NCBI RefSeq assembly: GCF_036365525.1
Contig: NC_090387.1
Coordinates: 44,011,404 to 44,075,403 of the forward strand
Source: Heterodontus francisci
Lineage: Eukaryota
DNA length: 64,000 nucleotides
Direction of reading: 5' to 3'
Part shown: positions 1 to 13,400 of the stretch, piece by piece
Layout of the letters: the number at the start of each line of letters is the position of its first letter
Numbering within the stretch: position 1 is the stretch's first letter
Program-made: the position numbers and the translations under genes
Notes under the pieces: model-generated
What the model was told of the DNA's origin: nothing
Database searches by the model: none
What the model saw: only the letters and a program-made list of their open reading frames with translations

Positions 1-850
1 TCAATGACACGAACATGGAGCATTTTATAAGCCCCTGGTTTTTCTGTATATTTTGCAAGGTGGTTGCATTTTCTGAGAGAAGAAAGCCCATCACTGAACT
101 TGCTCCTTGTCAAGGAAAGTTCTTATGTTTGTCAATGTAGCTCCCTGTATATGCATCTGGGTTCCACTGGAGACATTTTCCACAGTTGTGAACTTGCTGG
201 TCTTGGACCACTCAAATTGTGTTCATTTTTAGCCCTGTACAATTCAGAACAATGCTGAATTCAGTAAGAGATTACATTCTGTGTCCTAATTAAATTCATT
301 TTTCATACCCTATATTGTAGTTCCTAAACATGAAGTAAGGCTTGAGATTAAAAGTTTCAGGAATGGAAGTAACAGATGTCACTACTCTGCAACAAAAAAC
401 ACTGCCTGTCAATACTAGAGAGAATAACAATGTTCCTGTTGTTCATCCACCAGAAGTTTACTGAGCAGAGCCTACACAGAAAGCTTCCTTCATGCATTCC
501 TAGCACAGTCAGCCTGCATCAGTGTTGGAATGTGTACACCTGTCTATTAGACTACACTATCCTAATCATTGGCTGTCACCAGATTTAGTCTTGGAGAACG
601 ATCTTTCTTTTAAGCTCTGGGTACATTTACAAAAAATATAGGAGTCAGATCTAGCAATCAGATCTTACTTTTAACCAAAATGTTTTACACACCTTTGATA
701 TGCCTTGAAATACATACAGAAATGCAGTATTTCTCAGTTCGTGTCTCTAGTCCTGAGACACTAGGCCAGCACACTGCCATTTCAGGCTAAGTTTAAACAC
801 AAACCACCCAGGATGTAAGTCTACTCTCTCTGTTGTCTGTAAGAGACCTA

Positions 851-1510
851 GGGGAGAAATTCAAATAGCGCTGGTTTCTGTCTGAAATGGATGGGGAAAT
901 TTCACACGGCCCAAGGACCAAGAAAAATAGACACTCAGGCATCAACTGTATGAAACCGGTTAGCTATGGACAGCAGTTGGGTATTTCATGCAGCTTGCAG
1001 ATTGGAGGGTTTGGCATTTTGGTTGACTCTGCACCCAGCTGCCCAGCTGGCCCTGGAGGTGGGGGAGCTGATATTTCTGGGGAGACTGGGTGGGGTGGAG
1101 GGTCAAATCCGGGCTAGCAGTGAACTGCAGTGTTTCTGTGGAATCGAAACAACTTCTGCTCCTCTTGGCTCCATAGAAATTAAAGTCTAAAAAAGTTTTT
1201 TCACCTTTTTGTGGACAGCCTTCAGTCCACAAAGTGGCCCTTAATTCAGCCGCTGAAGACCTGGAACAACTGGGCGGGGCAGATTGGGTGCAGCTAATGA
1301 CCAATTTTGCATCAGGGTGCTAAAACTAGGATCCCTATGTTGCATACTCTAGATGTCTAACGCCTGGTTCAGGTGATTGCCCATGACACTCCAAAGTCAC
1401 CAGGGCACTTCCAGTGGACATTGGGCACAAGTGATTGCAGCCTGATAGCTGTCCCCCTAACACTCATTGTCACCCAGAAGATGGGCACAATGCTGCCCCA
1501 TTTCCACCCC
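851..1510. mobile_element. Non-autonomous Harbinger-like element
   Basis: GC-rich insert bounded by ggggagaaatt and tttccacccc, with tag flanking both ends. Confidence 0.5.
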
Positions 1511-3390
1511 TAGTCTTAATCCATTTTCTACTGTAGATGGTCCCACAGCACAAAACTGCTCCCAATTTGGTACCTATGGGATAATTCTATGCTTCTTCCC
1601 CTCCAGCAGAAAAGCACATTGATAGAGACTGCCAGTTAGTACTGTAGCCCTATCTCTAAACTACATTCTTTTCAACTTTGGCTTCCCTGCTTGGAACACA
1701 AGAATGTGGAACTCCCCCTTAAGCAACCAGTCTTATTCAGGGAGGGTCGAAGGATGTATGGGAAATAGAAAACTGGCTGTCAAGATAGACTTCAAAATTC
1801 AGACTAAAGTACATTGTTGGGAAAAGTAAAAGGGAGTTTTCTGCTGAAGTTGGCTGTGTTTAACCTGACCTGGGAGTGTTTGATATGGGTGTTCCATTCT
1901 TAAGTACCAACCTGCTTTGCTCTAGTGACCACAAAAATTCACCAAATGAAGTTGGTGCATATTCATTACCTGACCCAATTCTAACTCTAGTCTCAAATTG
2001 TTTTATAAATTGACCTGTCATGTGACACAGTGTAAAACCAGAATAAGTTCTAAAAAAACATTATACACGTCATTCTTTAAAATAGTGACTGAAGGGCTTT
2101 TGGGTTGTGCTATGCTCTCCGCATTTGGTTTATGATGTTATGGCAATATTCTAATTTCAGATCAGGATTGGAATAGAAACAAAATACTGCAGATGCTGGA
2201 AATCTGAAATAAAAACAAAGTTCTGGAAATAACATCAGGTCTGGTAGCATCTGTGGAGAGAGAACCAGAGGTAACATGTCCCTCCAGTGGCAGGCACCTT
2301 GGGAGCCATTGGCAATGCTTTCCTACTTGTTCCATTAGAAAGGAGGTCTTGTTCCAGGAGGCTGCAGATGTCTGGTGCTCAGACACATTGAGAGAGCTGA
2401 TCCTCTACCTGTAGGCCCTGTGTTGTGGTTTCTCGCCCTTCCTGCTGTATCGCAGTGGCCATACACTCTTCCCTGAGGAGGGGCATGTGGCTAAGGAGAA
2501 GGCAGCTGGTGTTTCTGCTGGTGCTACTCCAGTTGCAGCTGCAGCATGTTGCAGTGGCAAGCCCACTGCCCTAGCCCCTCAGTAGAGGGTGATGGTGTAA
2601 CTGCATAGGTTGCTCCCATGCCACTCTTAAGGCTGGCAGCCAGGAAGGCCAGCTGAAGGTGGGTGAAGTACTGGATAGGTGAAGTGCTTTCCAAGCTGCT
2701 GACATTCACCTGTCAAGCAGTGATAGCACTCTCTGACAGAAGGAGTACTTTGAACAGCAGCCTCTCACCTGGCCATGGCTGGAGCTCTTCAGTGTAACTG
2801 ATCAAAGGCTTCATGGCTTGTCAGTTACACCGAGGAGGTCCCTCCCGCTGTGCTCTCACCTTCTCCAACCTGACTGGTTGGAGACACAGCATGGGACTGC
2901 TCCACTGTTGGGAAAGAGGGAATCCATGTGCAAAATCCCTCTTAATTGCCTGTTTAACAACTTAAATTGCTTCTCATCTCTGCCGCTACAGTTCCTGACT
3001 TCACTCCCTACCAGCGCCTGGGAAAAACAGAATGAGGCAGGAAGATGTCAGGATACTGGCCTGATGGAATTAAAAAAAAAAATTCCCAGCTTCCCCACTT
3101 CCAAATCCATCTCCACCGGCCTGGGAAAACTAACCCCCTTGATGTCTATAAATCTGCTAGAATGTAGTATTGAGTCAACATAACATACTAGAATACACTG
3201 AATAAAGAACTCACTGCACTTTAGGTTTTGTTATTGAAATGCTAAGTCCTTAAACTATTGAATTTACTATTAACATAATATTAAATAGTCAGATTTTTCA
3301 CTGTACTGAAACTTTTAATATTACTGTCAGAATATTTAGTCAGAGGAGACAGGTTAACATGGTATATGATGATGTGAGTCTGAATACTGT

Positions 3391-6300
3391 GGGGTTGAAT
3401 TTTCCCACCTTAGGTTTTTTTCTGCACAGTGGGACTATTTTCAGGTCACAAACCCGATCTCCGCAGCAGTGGGACTGCCGGTACAATCAGTACAATCTTC
3501 TGGGAGGCGTCCAATTAAGAGGACATCTCTGCGATTGCTGTCCAATCGGTGACGGTGGGAAGGTTGAGTGGGCGAGAGGACAATTCAGCGTGAGCAATTG
3601 CAAAGGAAGCTGGCAGCCTTCACTGTCTCTGCAGTGAGAATATTGCTGAGGGGAATGGGACAAAGGAAGGCGGGAAGAAACGGAAACGCGAAACAGCTGA
3701 AGGAAACAACAGCTCTATCTGTGATATCTGGGAGATAATCAAGCAATTGCAAGCCTCTGCCTGCGGATAACCTCAGGCTGCCGCTACATACCTTTAAGGT
3801 TGAATTTAGTTAATCCGTCGCCAGAACCAGAAGTGGGCATTGTTGCCACTTGTCAGGTGTGTGGCGGGCGGCCAACTGTCATAATGGAGGCATGGGGCCC
3901 GTCCAATTATGCGACGGGGGTGGGCTCCGAGGGTTCCAGATGATTCAGGAGCAGGTGCTGGCACCATATTTAAAGCCTAGCCAGCCCTACTTTCATTGCT
4001 GCCTTTGAGTGATTTACTCTTTGCTGATCACTGCTGAACCCGGTATGGTAGTGACTACTGGACCATCACCCCAGCCCCGCTCCCAGCCCAGAAGGATGGC
4101 GCACTATGGCAGAAGCAAGACACCGGATGGCCCCATGGTTTAGCTATGCCTTCCTGGAGATTCTCCTACAGGCTGCAAGGGAAAGGCAGGAGGTCCTCTT
4201 TCCCAGTGATGGCAAGAAGAGGTCCTCCTGCCTGACCAAGCAAGTCTGGATGGAAATCGCAGAGGAGGTCAGCAGCCATGGGGTCACCTCCTGAACATGG
4301 GTGTAGTGCAGAAAGAAAGTCAACAACCTCCTTTGCTCTGCCAAGGTGACAGCTCCATACCTCTCTCCTCTTTGGGGCTTGCATGTGGCAATGCAGGAGG
4401 CAGCGTGACATGAGGAGGGAGTGACCACAAAGGCGCAGGCAAAGTGAGTGAGGCATCATCACATCCTGCCAGATGCATGGCTGCATCTCGGCCACAGGCC
4501 ACCTTCTTTCACATCTCACCCCCATTACTTCTCCTGAGAGCAGACATGGGGAGAAGCCATGTAGGAAACCCCAGCAGGGGACGAGGGGCTACCGCTAGCA
4601 GAACTCTTCCTGCGAGTTCTAACCATCTCCTTCTTTCCACTTGCAGGACAAGTGGGCCCATAACAAGAGGGAGACCTCAAGGACTGGTGGAGAAATTCCA
4701 GATGTACAGCCTCTGTCGATAGCTGAGGAGGAGGCACTGGACCAAGGCCGGCTGCTCAAGACTGAAAGGTGAGACTGCAGTCTCCAAGTAATTTGTCATC
4801 CAACACACTTCTGGATTTCCACATCATGCATGGTTGGCATGACAAGATCTGCACATGTTTGTGTTCTCTCATGCAGGTCGGTGTTCGCAAGAGGCTTCAA
4901 CTGAAGGGGAACAGACGTCAACATCTCAGGACGAGCAGTCAGAGGAAGCACCATCACATGACTCTCCTGCGCCTTCCACCAGCACAGATACTTTCACTTC
5001 AGTGGGTTTCCGCTCAGCTTTAGAATCAGGGTCACAAGCTGGTGAGAGCACCACACAAGCACCCGAGCAGCTGGCTGAGGCTGAGACAGCCGAGGCCTCT
5101 GACAATCAGAGGACTGTCGGGTTTACAGGCACATGTTGAGCTCCAGGCTGATGATGAGTCTCTGGTTTTGACAGCACAGGGAATGCTGAAGTTGCACAGA
5201 GAGGTAAGGCAACATCTGGCAGAGCTGCCAGAGGCAGTGTGCAGCCATGAGCGGACGATGGAGGAGGTCATCCATGACATGAGTGCTGCCATGTCTCAGG
5301 CATGTGAGTGCATGACTTCCTTCACTGAGAGGTTGGCGACCATCATGGAGAGCCAGATACCACAAATGTACGCAGATCTGCACACTATCGCCTTGGCTGT
5401 AGTCTTCTCCAGCTCCCCTTCCTTCCCTGGTCAGCAGGGAGGTTCAAGTGAGCCTTGAAAGGCACACACCTGCAGGAAACATTTTCAGTAGTGGCAGACC
5501 AGTTAAACAGTGATAGAATGAAAGTCCTTCCTGTTGATGAAGCTGGCCACATGTGTGCAATCTATCACACATTACACCTGGGGGAATCTAGCGACGGCCT
5601 CGAAGCCGACGGCCCTCTCCGCCTGGCTGTCAGGGTCGGTTGGTAGTGCAGATAGTTGCCAGCCATCTTGGACATAGCATTGGTTATTTCCTTGATGCAG
5701 TGGTGGGCTGCTGCCCGGGAGACTCTGCACATGCAACTGGTGGATCCCTGGAATGATCCAGAGACTGAAAAGGTAAGTCCCATGGTGATCTTTAGGGCCA
5801 CTGGCATAGGGTGACCCATAGGTCATAATTCGTCTTGCAGCAGGGTGCATAAATCAGTGACCGCCTCTCTGGAGAGGTGTAGTCTTTGCTGACAATGCCA
5901 CTCAGACATTTGGAGGTAGCTGAGTCAAGTCCGGTACACTCTCTGGTGCAGATGGGCCCTTCTTGCCATGGCCGGCTGCTGTCGCTCTCATCGTGGAGCT
6001 TCACGAGCAGGCAGAGCTGCCTCTTGGCCCTCTCTCCGTCGGAGGCGCTGCATCACGCCACGGGGGGTCCAAAAGTACAGGGTATACAAGACCCATCCCA
6101 GATGATCAGTGGACTCTAGAGCTCTGTTCTTGCAGAGACGAACATGCTTTGGCACCTTTGCCGTAGCTACTCCTCTCGGTTTATGTGTTAATGGCTCTCA
6201 GTGCCCACCCTTGCTGAGAGTCAACCCTCTCACCCGACAGTATGATCACCTGACCATCTCACACAGCAGTATTGCCACCTGTGCTGGTCACTTGAGACCA

Positions 6301-6858
6301 TGCCCACCTGGTACTGCCACCCTGCAACACGCCCACCCTGTACTGCCATCCGAGATCACACCCACCTGTACTACCACCTGGCAGCACGCCCACCCTGTAC
6401 TGCCACCTGAGACCATGTCCACCTGGTACTGCCACCTGGCAACACGCCCACCCATGTAGTTCACAGCACTGCAGGTCGACAATCACCTTTGTTCTGCCCC
6501 CTTTCCCTATCCAGTGCTGATCATGGTTGCCTTCCTGTCGCAGCACTGAGGCCTCATCTTGGTGCCACCACCTTTCAATGGCCGGCGATCCGAAGGGTGA
6601 GGGCCACTCATCATCCATTTTATTTCAAGCCTTCCATTGAATCGCTTTCAATTGCACGTATATGTATTATAACTGCCTGTTCAGCAACTTAAATTGGAGT
6701 CCTGTCGGAGTGGCGACGATACTTGTAGCTTTCCTGCCACTGACTAAATCTGGAACCGACATCCTGATGCTGGATTTCTGGGCGGACGTGTCTCACACTA
6801 TTCTCCGGCCCCCCACGCCTCCATTCCTGTTCCAAACAGCTTTACAAAATTCAGTCCT
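3391..6858. mobile_element. Decayed PIF/Harbinger DNA transposon with Myb/SANT-like gene (+) and DDE transposase remnant (-)
   Basis: Terminal matches gggttgaatttt (3392) and aaaattcagtcc (6846-6857). Myb/SANT-like frame from 4106 (FSYAFLEILL..VLFPSDGKK..VWMEIAEEVSS..CRKKVNNL, with stops). HARBI1-like frames at 5400-5950 (PMPVALKITMGL..SGSFQ..VSRAAAHHCIKEITNAM; AERAVGFEAVARFPQV). Confidence 0.85.
6290..6456 (+). repeat. Degenerate short tandem repeat (cacc(c)tgtactgccacc) inside the Harbinger element
   Basis: Alternating units of about 27-29 bp visible directly. Confidence 0.7.
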
Positions 6859-7353
6859 TAATGTGCAAATTGCATATTATTTTCATGGCACTGTGACCTC
6901 CTGCTGTGCACTTGCCTCCTGTGAGTTAATGGGCTGCAGGCACTGCGGGGTTCCCGAGGACCCCCGGGAAATTTCCACCGCCCTCAGAAAATGCCTGCTA
7001 ACCCGCTTCATTAACAACCTGAATTGGCTTCCTGCTGCTGCCAGGCATGTACCAGTCAGCGCACAGAAGCCGCCTCCAGGTAAAGCAGTAGGTGGGGGGT
7101 GGGGGGGGGGACACATAGCCATTCCTGTCCAACGTCATTTAAAAAAAATTTCCTCCCACCACCGCCCCAGCTTCCAAAGATCTGGTAAAATTCCCACTTT
7201 CATTTAATCGGGTCCTGACCAGAACACAAAAGGACAATTAAGTTTTTATGGGCTGGGCTTTACTTAGCAAGCACGCTGTTCTGGTACTCATAACAAATTA
7301 GAGCAGAAACTTTGATCTTCAACCATCTGTAGAAGATACATACCTATATGTAA

Positions 7354-7438
7354 TTAATTCAGTCGAAGATTTGGGTTTTTATGACTGTCATTTTTCAATC
7401 TTTCCTTTCCATCATTTGATATGTTATTTACCAGAATC
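7354..7438 (-). CDS. Terminal LRR/cap exon ([28 protein letters not shown])
   Basis: Acceptor ttgtttttcttttag, phase 2, LRR-cap-like sequence, TAA at 7356-7354. Confidence 0.85.
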
Positions 7439-10400
7439 CTAAAAGAAAAACAAGTTAAAGAGTTATAGAAATGAGAACACAAAAACTATACATTAAAATC
7501 CTTGAGTTGGTAAAACATTTAAACCTCAGAATATTGAAATGAAGGGCCATTTTGTAACAGCTGTTTTTGGCTGCAGTTCTTTCTTCATCCACAGGGGGAT
7601 GATGCAACTATTTTTAAAGGCGATTTTGTTCGTGTACTTGGGTCCAAAGGATGTTTGGATGCAGTGCAGAAAGGAAAATCAAGGCTGAAATCTCATATAC
7701 ATATTGCAGCACACTCAATTTTTCACCCAGCTAAAGTGCAATAAGAGAAAACTGCCCTAATACCACAAGAGCACTTTTTTTTTTACTATTTCCTTTAGAG
7801 CAAGGTACTGCAAAATCTTCAGTCTTACAAAAAACACAGCTAAAAGATATACAATTTCCTTTGACTGCAAGCAAGGTCATGGGAAATTGGGTAGTATTAT
7901 AAAAAAATATTCGCTTAAATATGCTGGACGTTTGAGCTGATTCTGAAATTAACTATCTCACAGAATAAATGCATTTTACCATTTGATACCCAACAATTAG
8001 CAGATGTTTTCAATATAAGATGTGTTATTACAGTGTGATTTTGTGATGCAGTGATGGCTGAAATTAATCATTATTTCAAATAGCACCAATTGGAAATCTT
8101 TTGAATTATTTGTATTGTTAAGTAAGATAGACAACACACTTACTAATTTTCTTACATTTCTCTTTTAATTCAATAGCATTTTAAATAAGGAATTTCTTCT
8201 CACAATGTGTAGTATTTCATTCTTAATAATACAAAAGTCAAATTGGTACAACGTAAACATGTGTTAATTTTGCTTCCTTCAGAGGTGGGTTCACAGATCC
8301 TGTAAACACAGACATACAAGACTGACATTTCAGGGTTGAAGTCTCCAAATTTTTAAAACTAGGAACAGGAGTAGGCCATTTAGCTCTTCGAGCCTGTTCC
8401 ACCATTCAATGAGATCAAGGCTGATCTGTGACCTTACTCCGTGTACCCGCCTTTTGTTCATATCCTTTGATACATTAGGCTAACAAAAATCTATTAATCT
8501 TAGTTTTAAAATTAATTATTGATCTAGCATCAATTGCCATTTGCAGAAGTGAGTTCCAAATTTCTACTACCCTTTGCGTAAAGAAGTGTTTCCAAATTTC
8601 ACTCCTGAAAGATCTGTATCTAATTTTTTTGTACTTTGCCCCCGAGTCCAAGACTCCCCAACTAACGGAGATAGTTTCTCTTTATCTACCCTACCTGCTC
8701 CCCTTAATATCTGGCTCCCCTTAATATTTCTCCTCATAATTTCACCTTTGGAGTCCAGGTATCATTCTGGTAAGTCTACACAGCACTCCCTCCAAGGACA
8801 ATATATCTCTCCCAAGGTGAGAACTACTCACAGTACTCCACGTGCGATCTAACAAGGGCTTTGTAGAGCTGAAGCATGACTTCGACCTCCTTGCATTCTA
8901 GTACTCTAGATATAATGGCCAGCATTCCATTAGTCTTTTTGATTATTTTCTGTACTTGTTCATAACATTTTAATGATCTGTTTACCTGGACCCCCACACC
9001 CCTTCCAAGTCTCTTGGGACCTCCACTGTTTCTAGCATTTCACCATTTGAAAAGTACCCTGTTCTATCCTTTTTAGGTTCATTTTTCCACAATTTTCTCC
9101 ATTTATTTAATCTATCAATATTTTTTAATTTGATGCTTCCATCTAGATTGCTTACAATGCTTTGTGTCATTGCAAGTATGTGGCTTAAAAATACACCTTT
9201 CCAATAAAAAGTCAGCCTTCTATGCATGATTGTAATGTACCAATAAATTCTAAATAAGCAATTTTTTAAACACATATACAATTACAATAAAATTCTTACC
9301 ACAACTCTTCAAGTGTGCCATTCACTTCCAAAGCACTTCTGAAGTAATCACTCCCCTTTTCAGTTATATTATTGTCTCCCAGTCTGCAAATAAGTATTGT
9401 CCATTTTATTATTTAGCTATCCACACAAAATAGGTAACATGTAAAATGAAATCTCTTAATTATCAAGGGCCTGAAGCACAGAACATATATTGAACACAAA
9501 ACAATGTAACACTTTTGTTTTAAAGGAGCCCCTCTCATAATGATATACAATGGACAATTACTTCCATTGTTTAACTGAAAATGATATAAAGATAAAATGA
9601 AAGCATTAACAGTTTTGGCCAAGGTTAAAGAGCAAAACTTGAAATGTAGCATTTATTCATAAGTTAGTAATTAACTCTCGTAATTAATTGAACTTCTTCA
9701 ATAAGGATACTTTATAAGATGAACAAGGTTAAAACTTGCTGAAAATAGATATTTGAGTTTAATTTTAAAGACAGTAATCAATACGCACCTGGCTTTATTA
9801 GTAACATAACAGGTTGCCAAAAAAAGCAGTGATTTCCCAAACAAGATAGTTGTGGGGAAGTTAAGTGAATGCAGGAGATGTCTGCTTTTAAAATCAGCCT
9901 TTCAAATTAGATTAAAATATAAATAAATAAATAAAGAAACAAACTTGAATCGCTCAGTCCATAATGCATGACACTTCCAAGTTCAAAAGAGTAAAGGAAG
10001 TGTTGAGATAATAATAAGTCCCAATAGAAAATCCAAAACTGGGCAATGTGGGCCATCAGTAGCAGCAGAATTACATCCAACCACAATCTGTAATCTCATG
10101 ACTCTACAATTGCAGTCAAGCAAGAGAATCAACCCTGGTTTAATGAAGAGTGCAGGAAAGCATGCCAGGAGCAGCACCAGGCATAACTAAAAATGAGGTG
10201 ACAACCTTGTGAAGCTACAACACAGGACTACATACATAGAAAACAGCAGAAGCAGCATGCATAGACAGAGCTAAACAATCCCACAATCAATGGATCAGAT
10301 CAAAGCTCTGCAGTCCTGCCACATCCAGGCATGAATGGTAATGGATAATTAAGCAACTAAACAGAAGAGGAGGCTCCACAAATATCCCCATCCTCAATGA

Positions 10401-13400
10401 TGGGGGAGCCCAGCACATCAGTGCAAAAGACAAGGCTGAAGCATTTGCAACCATATTCAACCAGAGGAGCTGATTGGATGATCCAGCTCAGCCTCCACCT
10501 GAGGTCTCCAGCATCACAGATTCCAGTCTTCAGCCAATTCGATTCACTCCACATGATATCAAGAAACGGCTGAAGGAACTGGATACAGCAAAGACTATGG
10601 GTCCCAACAACATTCCAACTGTAGTACTGATGACGTGCTCCATAAATAGCTGCGGCCCTAGCCAAGCTGTTCCAGTACAGCTACAACGCCGGCACCTACC
10701 CGACAATGTGGAAAATTGTCCAGGTTATGTACTGTCCATAAAAAGCAAGACAAATCCAATCTGGCCAATTACCACCCCATCAGTATACTCTCAATCATCA
10801 GCAAAGTGATGGAAGATGTTGTCAACAGTGCTTTCAAGCAGCACTCACTCAGCAACAACTTGCTCACAGATGCTCAGTTTGGGTTCCACCAGTGCCACTC
10901 GGCTCCTGACTTCATTACAGCCTTTGTCCAAAGATGAAAAAAAGAGCTGAATTTCAGAGGTGAGGTTAGAATGTCTGCCCTTGACATCAAGGCAGCATCT
11001 GACTCAGTGTGGCATCAAGGAGCCCTAGCAAAACTGGAGTCATTGGGAATCAGGGGATAAACTCTCCACTAGTTGGAGTCATACCTCGCACAAAGGAAAT
11101 GGTTGTGGTTGTTGGAGGTCCCAGGACATCACTGCAGGAGTTCCTCAGGGTAGTGTTCTAGGCCCAACCATCTTCAACTGCTTCAGTTCCCCTCCAAGCC
11201 TCACACAATCCTGACTTGGAACTATATCGCCGTTTCTTCACTGTTGCTGGGTCAAAAACCTGTAACTCCCTCCCTAATAGTGCTGTGGGTGTACCTATAC
11301 CATAGGGACTGCGGCAGTTCAAGGTGACAGCTCATCACCACCCTCTCAAGGGCAATTAGGAATGGGCAACCTTCCCTCAATCCTAAGTTTGGAAGTGGGG
11401 ATGTTCGCTGATAATTGCACATTCAGTACCATTTGTGACTCCTCAGATAATGAAACAGGCCATGCACACATGCAGTAAGACCTGGACAACATTCAGGCTT
11501 GGGCTGATAAGTGGCAAATAACATTCATGCTAGAGAAGAACAACCATCTGCAACAAGAAGGAATCTAACCATATCCCTTTGACATTCAATGGCATTGCCA
11601 TTGGTGAATCCACCACTATCAACGTCCTTGAGGATACCATTGACCAGAAACTTAACTGGACCAGCCTTATAAATACTGCGGCTACAAGAAAAGGTCAGAG
11701 GCTAGGAATTCTGCAGCAAGTTACTCACCTCCTGATTCCCCAAAGCCTAGCCACCATCTACAAGGCACAAGTCAGGAGTGTGATGGAATACTCACCACTT
11801 GCCTGGATGGTTGCAGCTCCAACAACACTCAGGAAGCTTGACACCATCTAAGACAAAGCAGTCTGCTTGATTATCACCCCATCCATCACCTTAAACGTCA
11901 CTCCCTCCACCACCAATGCACAATGGCAGCAGGGTGTACCATATACAAGGTGCACTGCAGCAACTCGCCAAGCTCCTTCGACAGCACCTTCCAAACCCAT
12001 GACCTCTACCACCTAGAAGGACAAGGGCAATAAGCACATGGGAATACCACCACCTGCAAGCTCCCCTCCAAGCCACACACCATCCTGACTTGGAACTATA
12101 TCGCCCTTACTTAACTGTCACTGGGTCAAAAGCTTGGAATTTCCTCCCTAATAGCACTGTGGGCATACCTACACAAGGACTGCAGCAGTTCAAGAAGGTA
12201 GCTCACCACCACCTTCTCAAGGGGAATTAGGGATGGGCAACATATGCTGGCCTAGCCAGCAATGCCCACATCCCATGAACGAATAATAAAAAAATCAGGA
12301 AACATTTGATGCCAAACTTGAATTTTAAAAGGCTGAGACTAGAAAAAGGAAGGAAGACAGAATGGATGCTAAGGATCGCCACAGTCTTATGACCCAGTGA
12401 AAGAACGAGTTAGATTGGGAATGGGCCTTGATTCTAACACAGTGAAGCCCTGAGGAGGGGAAAGTGTAAAGAGCATCGTATTTGGAGGATAGGAGGAACA
12501 AAGAAAAAACGTTCAGAGAAACATGGATTATAATAGTATAGATAAAACACAAAATGGCAAAATAAGTTACAACAGAAGCTTGAAATGAGAAACAGATCGC
12601 CTATCAGATGGCTTGGAATTAGAGAAACGGATTCAAAGAGCCTCCCCAAATATGAGAATAGTATTCAGGTGAACTTGAGGTTCAAAGAGAGTTAAGGATT
12701 TTTGAGAGGAAAACAAGTACTAACATGAAATTGGAAAACAAATCTCATGGAGGCATCTTTATAAGTGACAAGTGGGAATTCCATCTGAGGTCAGAGGAGA
12801 TAGGCAGAGAATGTTGATAAAAGTGGGCTCTTATTATTGAGGACATGAAATCTGAAGGAGGTTGATGAACAACGGAATGAAATCATCAGCCGAAGGTTGG
12901 ATGTTGACTGTAAAGATCATTAATATGAAGAAGGAATTGAGTACCAGAGAGAACAGAGCTCTGGAGAATCCCTGAGTTAATGGGGAATAAAGTCAGACAA
13001 TAAGCCACCAAATATTGCACAGATGGAATGATTTGAGAGGAAACTATCTTGTCAAAAAATAGCTTTGTTGAGAACCCATATGATGGTAACTTAGAAGGGC
13101 ACATGGTCAAAAGTTTTTAAGATGTTCAAAAGTTTTTAAGTTGTCCGAAGACATGTTGGAAACCACATTATTAAAGATGAATCAAGATGATGGATAAATT
13201 GAGATTGAACAACAGCATACACAGCCTTAGAAAGCACATTGGTAAGGGCAAGAGTGTAGTATAGTATCTGGAAAGATAAAGAGTGAATGTTTATCTGAGG
13301 AATAGGATGAACATAAGCAAATTTCTCAGATGGAAAAGTGAACTGGGGTAAGAGAGATTGAGGAGGTGTCAAAGAACAAGGGTGAGCTTCGAGGCACAAG

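Noticed and set aside
1-2020. Possible exons of a downstream gene (for example PLEKHF1) or small spliceable segments at about 1970-2014 and below 235
   Set aside because: No recognisable protein similarity and frames close quickly. They could be 3'-UTR exons, but I cannot support that from sequence alone.
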